DNA from: Candidatus Thorarchaeota archaeon
GTDB lineage: Archaea > Asgardarchaeota > Thorarchaeia > Thorarchaeales > Thorarchaeaceae
Reading direction: 5' to 3'
DNA: 57,587 bases
Assembly: GCA_004524565.1 (NCBI GenBank)
Contig: SDNZ01000004.1
Location: forward strand, 1 to 57,587
The notes under the pieces are model-generated. The model was not told the origin of the DNA and ran no database searches. It saw nothing but the letters and a program-made list of their open reading frames with translations. Below are positions 56,954 to 57,587 of the stretch, piece by piece. Position 1 is the stretch's first letter. Every line of letters starts with the position of its first letter. The translations under genes and the position numbers were made by a program.

Positions 56954-57587
56954 ATGGCTGAGTATAAGGTCAAAGACATTGGTCTTGCCGATGAAGGCAG
57001 GATGCTAATCGATTATGCTGAAAAGAACATGCCAGTTCTCATGCATCTACGAGAAAAATACTCCAAGACGCAACCCTTGAAGGGAATGAGAATTGCTGGA
57101 TGTCTACATGTAACCAAAGAGACTGCAGTACTGGTTGAAACCCTTAGAGCTGCAGGTGCAGAGGTTGCATGGTCAGGTTGTAATCCCCTCTCTACTAATG
57201 ATAAAGTTGCAGCAGCTCTTGCCGCAAATGATGTGTCCGTTTTTGCTTGGCACGGTCTAGATACAGAGGAGTACTACTGGTGTATTGAACAGACTTTGAA
57301 GACCAAACCTACCCTTACTTTGGATGACGGTGCGGATCTCATTTTCACATTGCACAATAAGCATGAAGAACTGATCCCAGGTCTGCTTGGTGGTTCTGAA
57401 GAAACAACAACTGGTGTCATCAGAATAAGAGCTATGGCAGATGATGGCAAGCTTAAGTACCCAATCATGGCAGTCAACGATGCTGACACAAAACACCTGT
57501 TTGATAATGTATATGGAACAGGTCAGAGTGTGATTGATGGTCTCCTAAGAGCTTCAGCCATTCTTATCGCTGGAAAGACATTTGTCA
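56954..57587 (+). CDS. ahcY: S-adenosylhomocysteine hydrolase, truncated by the window edge
   Basis: Not in the ORF track. Manual translation: MAEYKVKDIGLA..G...MPVL, GCLHVTKET, CNPLST, LDDGAD, EETTTG, KHLFDN.YGT. Confidence 0.96.
   Translation, partial: MAEYKVKDIGLADEGRMLIDYAEKNMPVLMHLREKYSKTQPLKGMRIAGCLHVTKETAVLVETLRAAGAEVAWSGCNPLSTNDKVAAALAANDVSVFAWHGLDTEEYYWCIEQTLKTKPTLTLDDGADLIFTLHNKHEELIPGLLGGSEETTTGVIRIRAMADDGKLKYPIMAVNDADTKHLFDNVYGTGQSVIDGLLRASAILIAGKTFV

Noticed and set aside
407-57496. Many short ORF-track entries (for example 3619-3870, 7951-8190, 19312-19743, 38566-38832, 48715-49182)
   Set aside because: They overlap well-supported genes antisense or out of frame and have no recognisable motifs or RBS; treated as shadow ORFs.
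1-57587. CRISPR arrays, IS elements, integrases or prophage genes
   Set aside because: No regularly spaced repeats and no transposase, integrase or viral motifs were seen.

Overview
Gene-dense archaeal chromosome segment; the gene content is most consistent with an anaerobic Asgard archaeon, probably Thorarchaeia (inference, not verified). Left to right: a partial ECF ATPase and the proteasome-exosome superoperon (psmA, SBDS, rrp4/41/42, eL43, Brix, pcc1, pfdB, DUF3194, DHH); a ZnuABC-type importer with a NikR-family regulator; a 2-hydroxyacid dehydrogenase / FGGY kinase / class II aldolase / AOR catabolic operon; two SCP2 proteins; an ABC-2 exporter with its regulator; a Thermococcales SHI-like group 3b [NiFe] hydrogenase divergent from a double-module HdrA; two mirror-image hdrCB pairs flanked by membrane-anchored wHTH regulators and surface proteins; a 2-oxoacid:ferredoxin oxidoreductase operon split by an insertion; a 2-hydroxyacyl-CoA dehydratase divergent from two acyl-CoA ligases; an acyl-CoA dehydrogenase; and a double Lrp regulator divergent from a partial ahcY. 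I found no tRNA, rRNA, CRISPR array or transposase. The best novelty candidates are two structured non-coding elements inside the superoperon, an MvhD-less hydrogenase-3b/Hdr locus, an orphan sORF/ncRNA unit after hdrA, a GLMP/NCU-G1-like surface protein coupled to a transmembrane transcription factor, and apparent ATA and CTG start codons. All family assignments come from motif recognition by eye; no database search or folding program was run.
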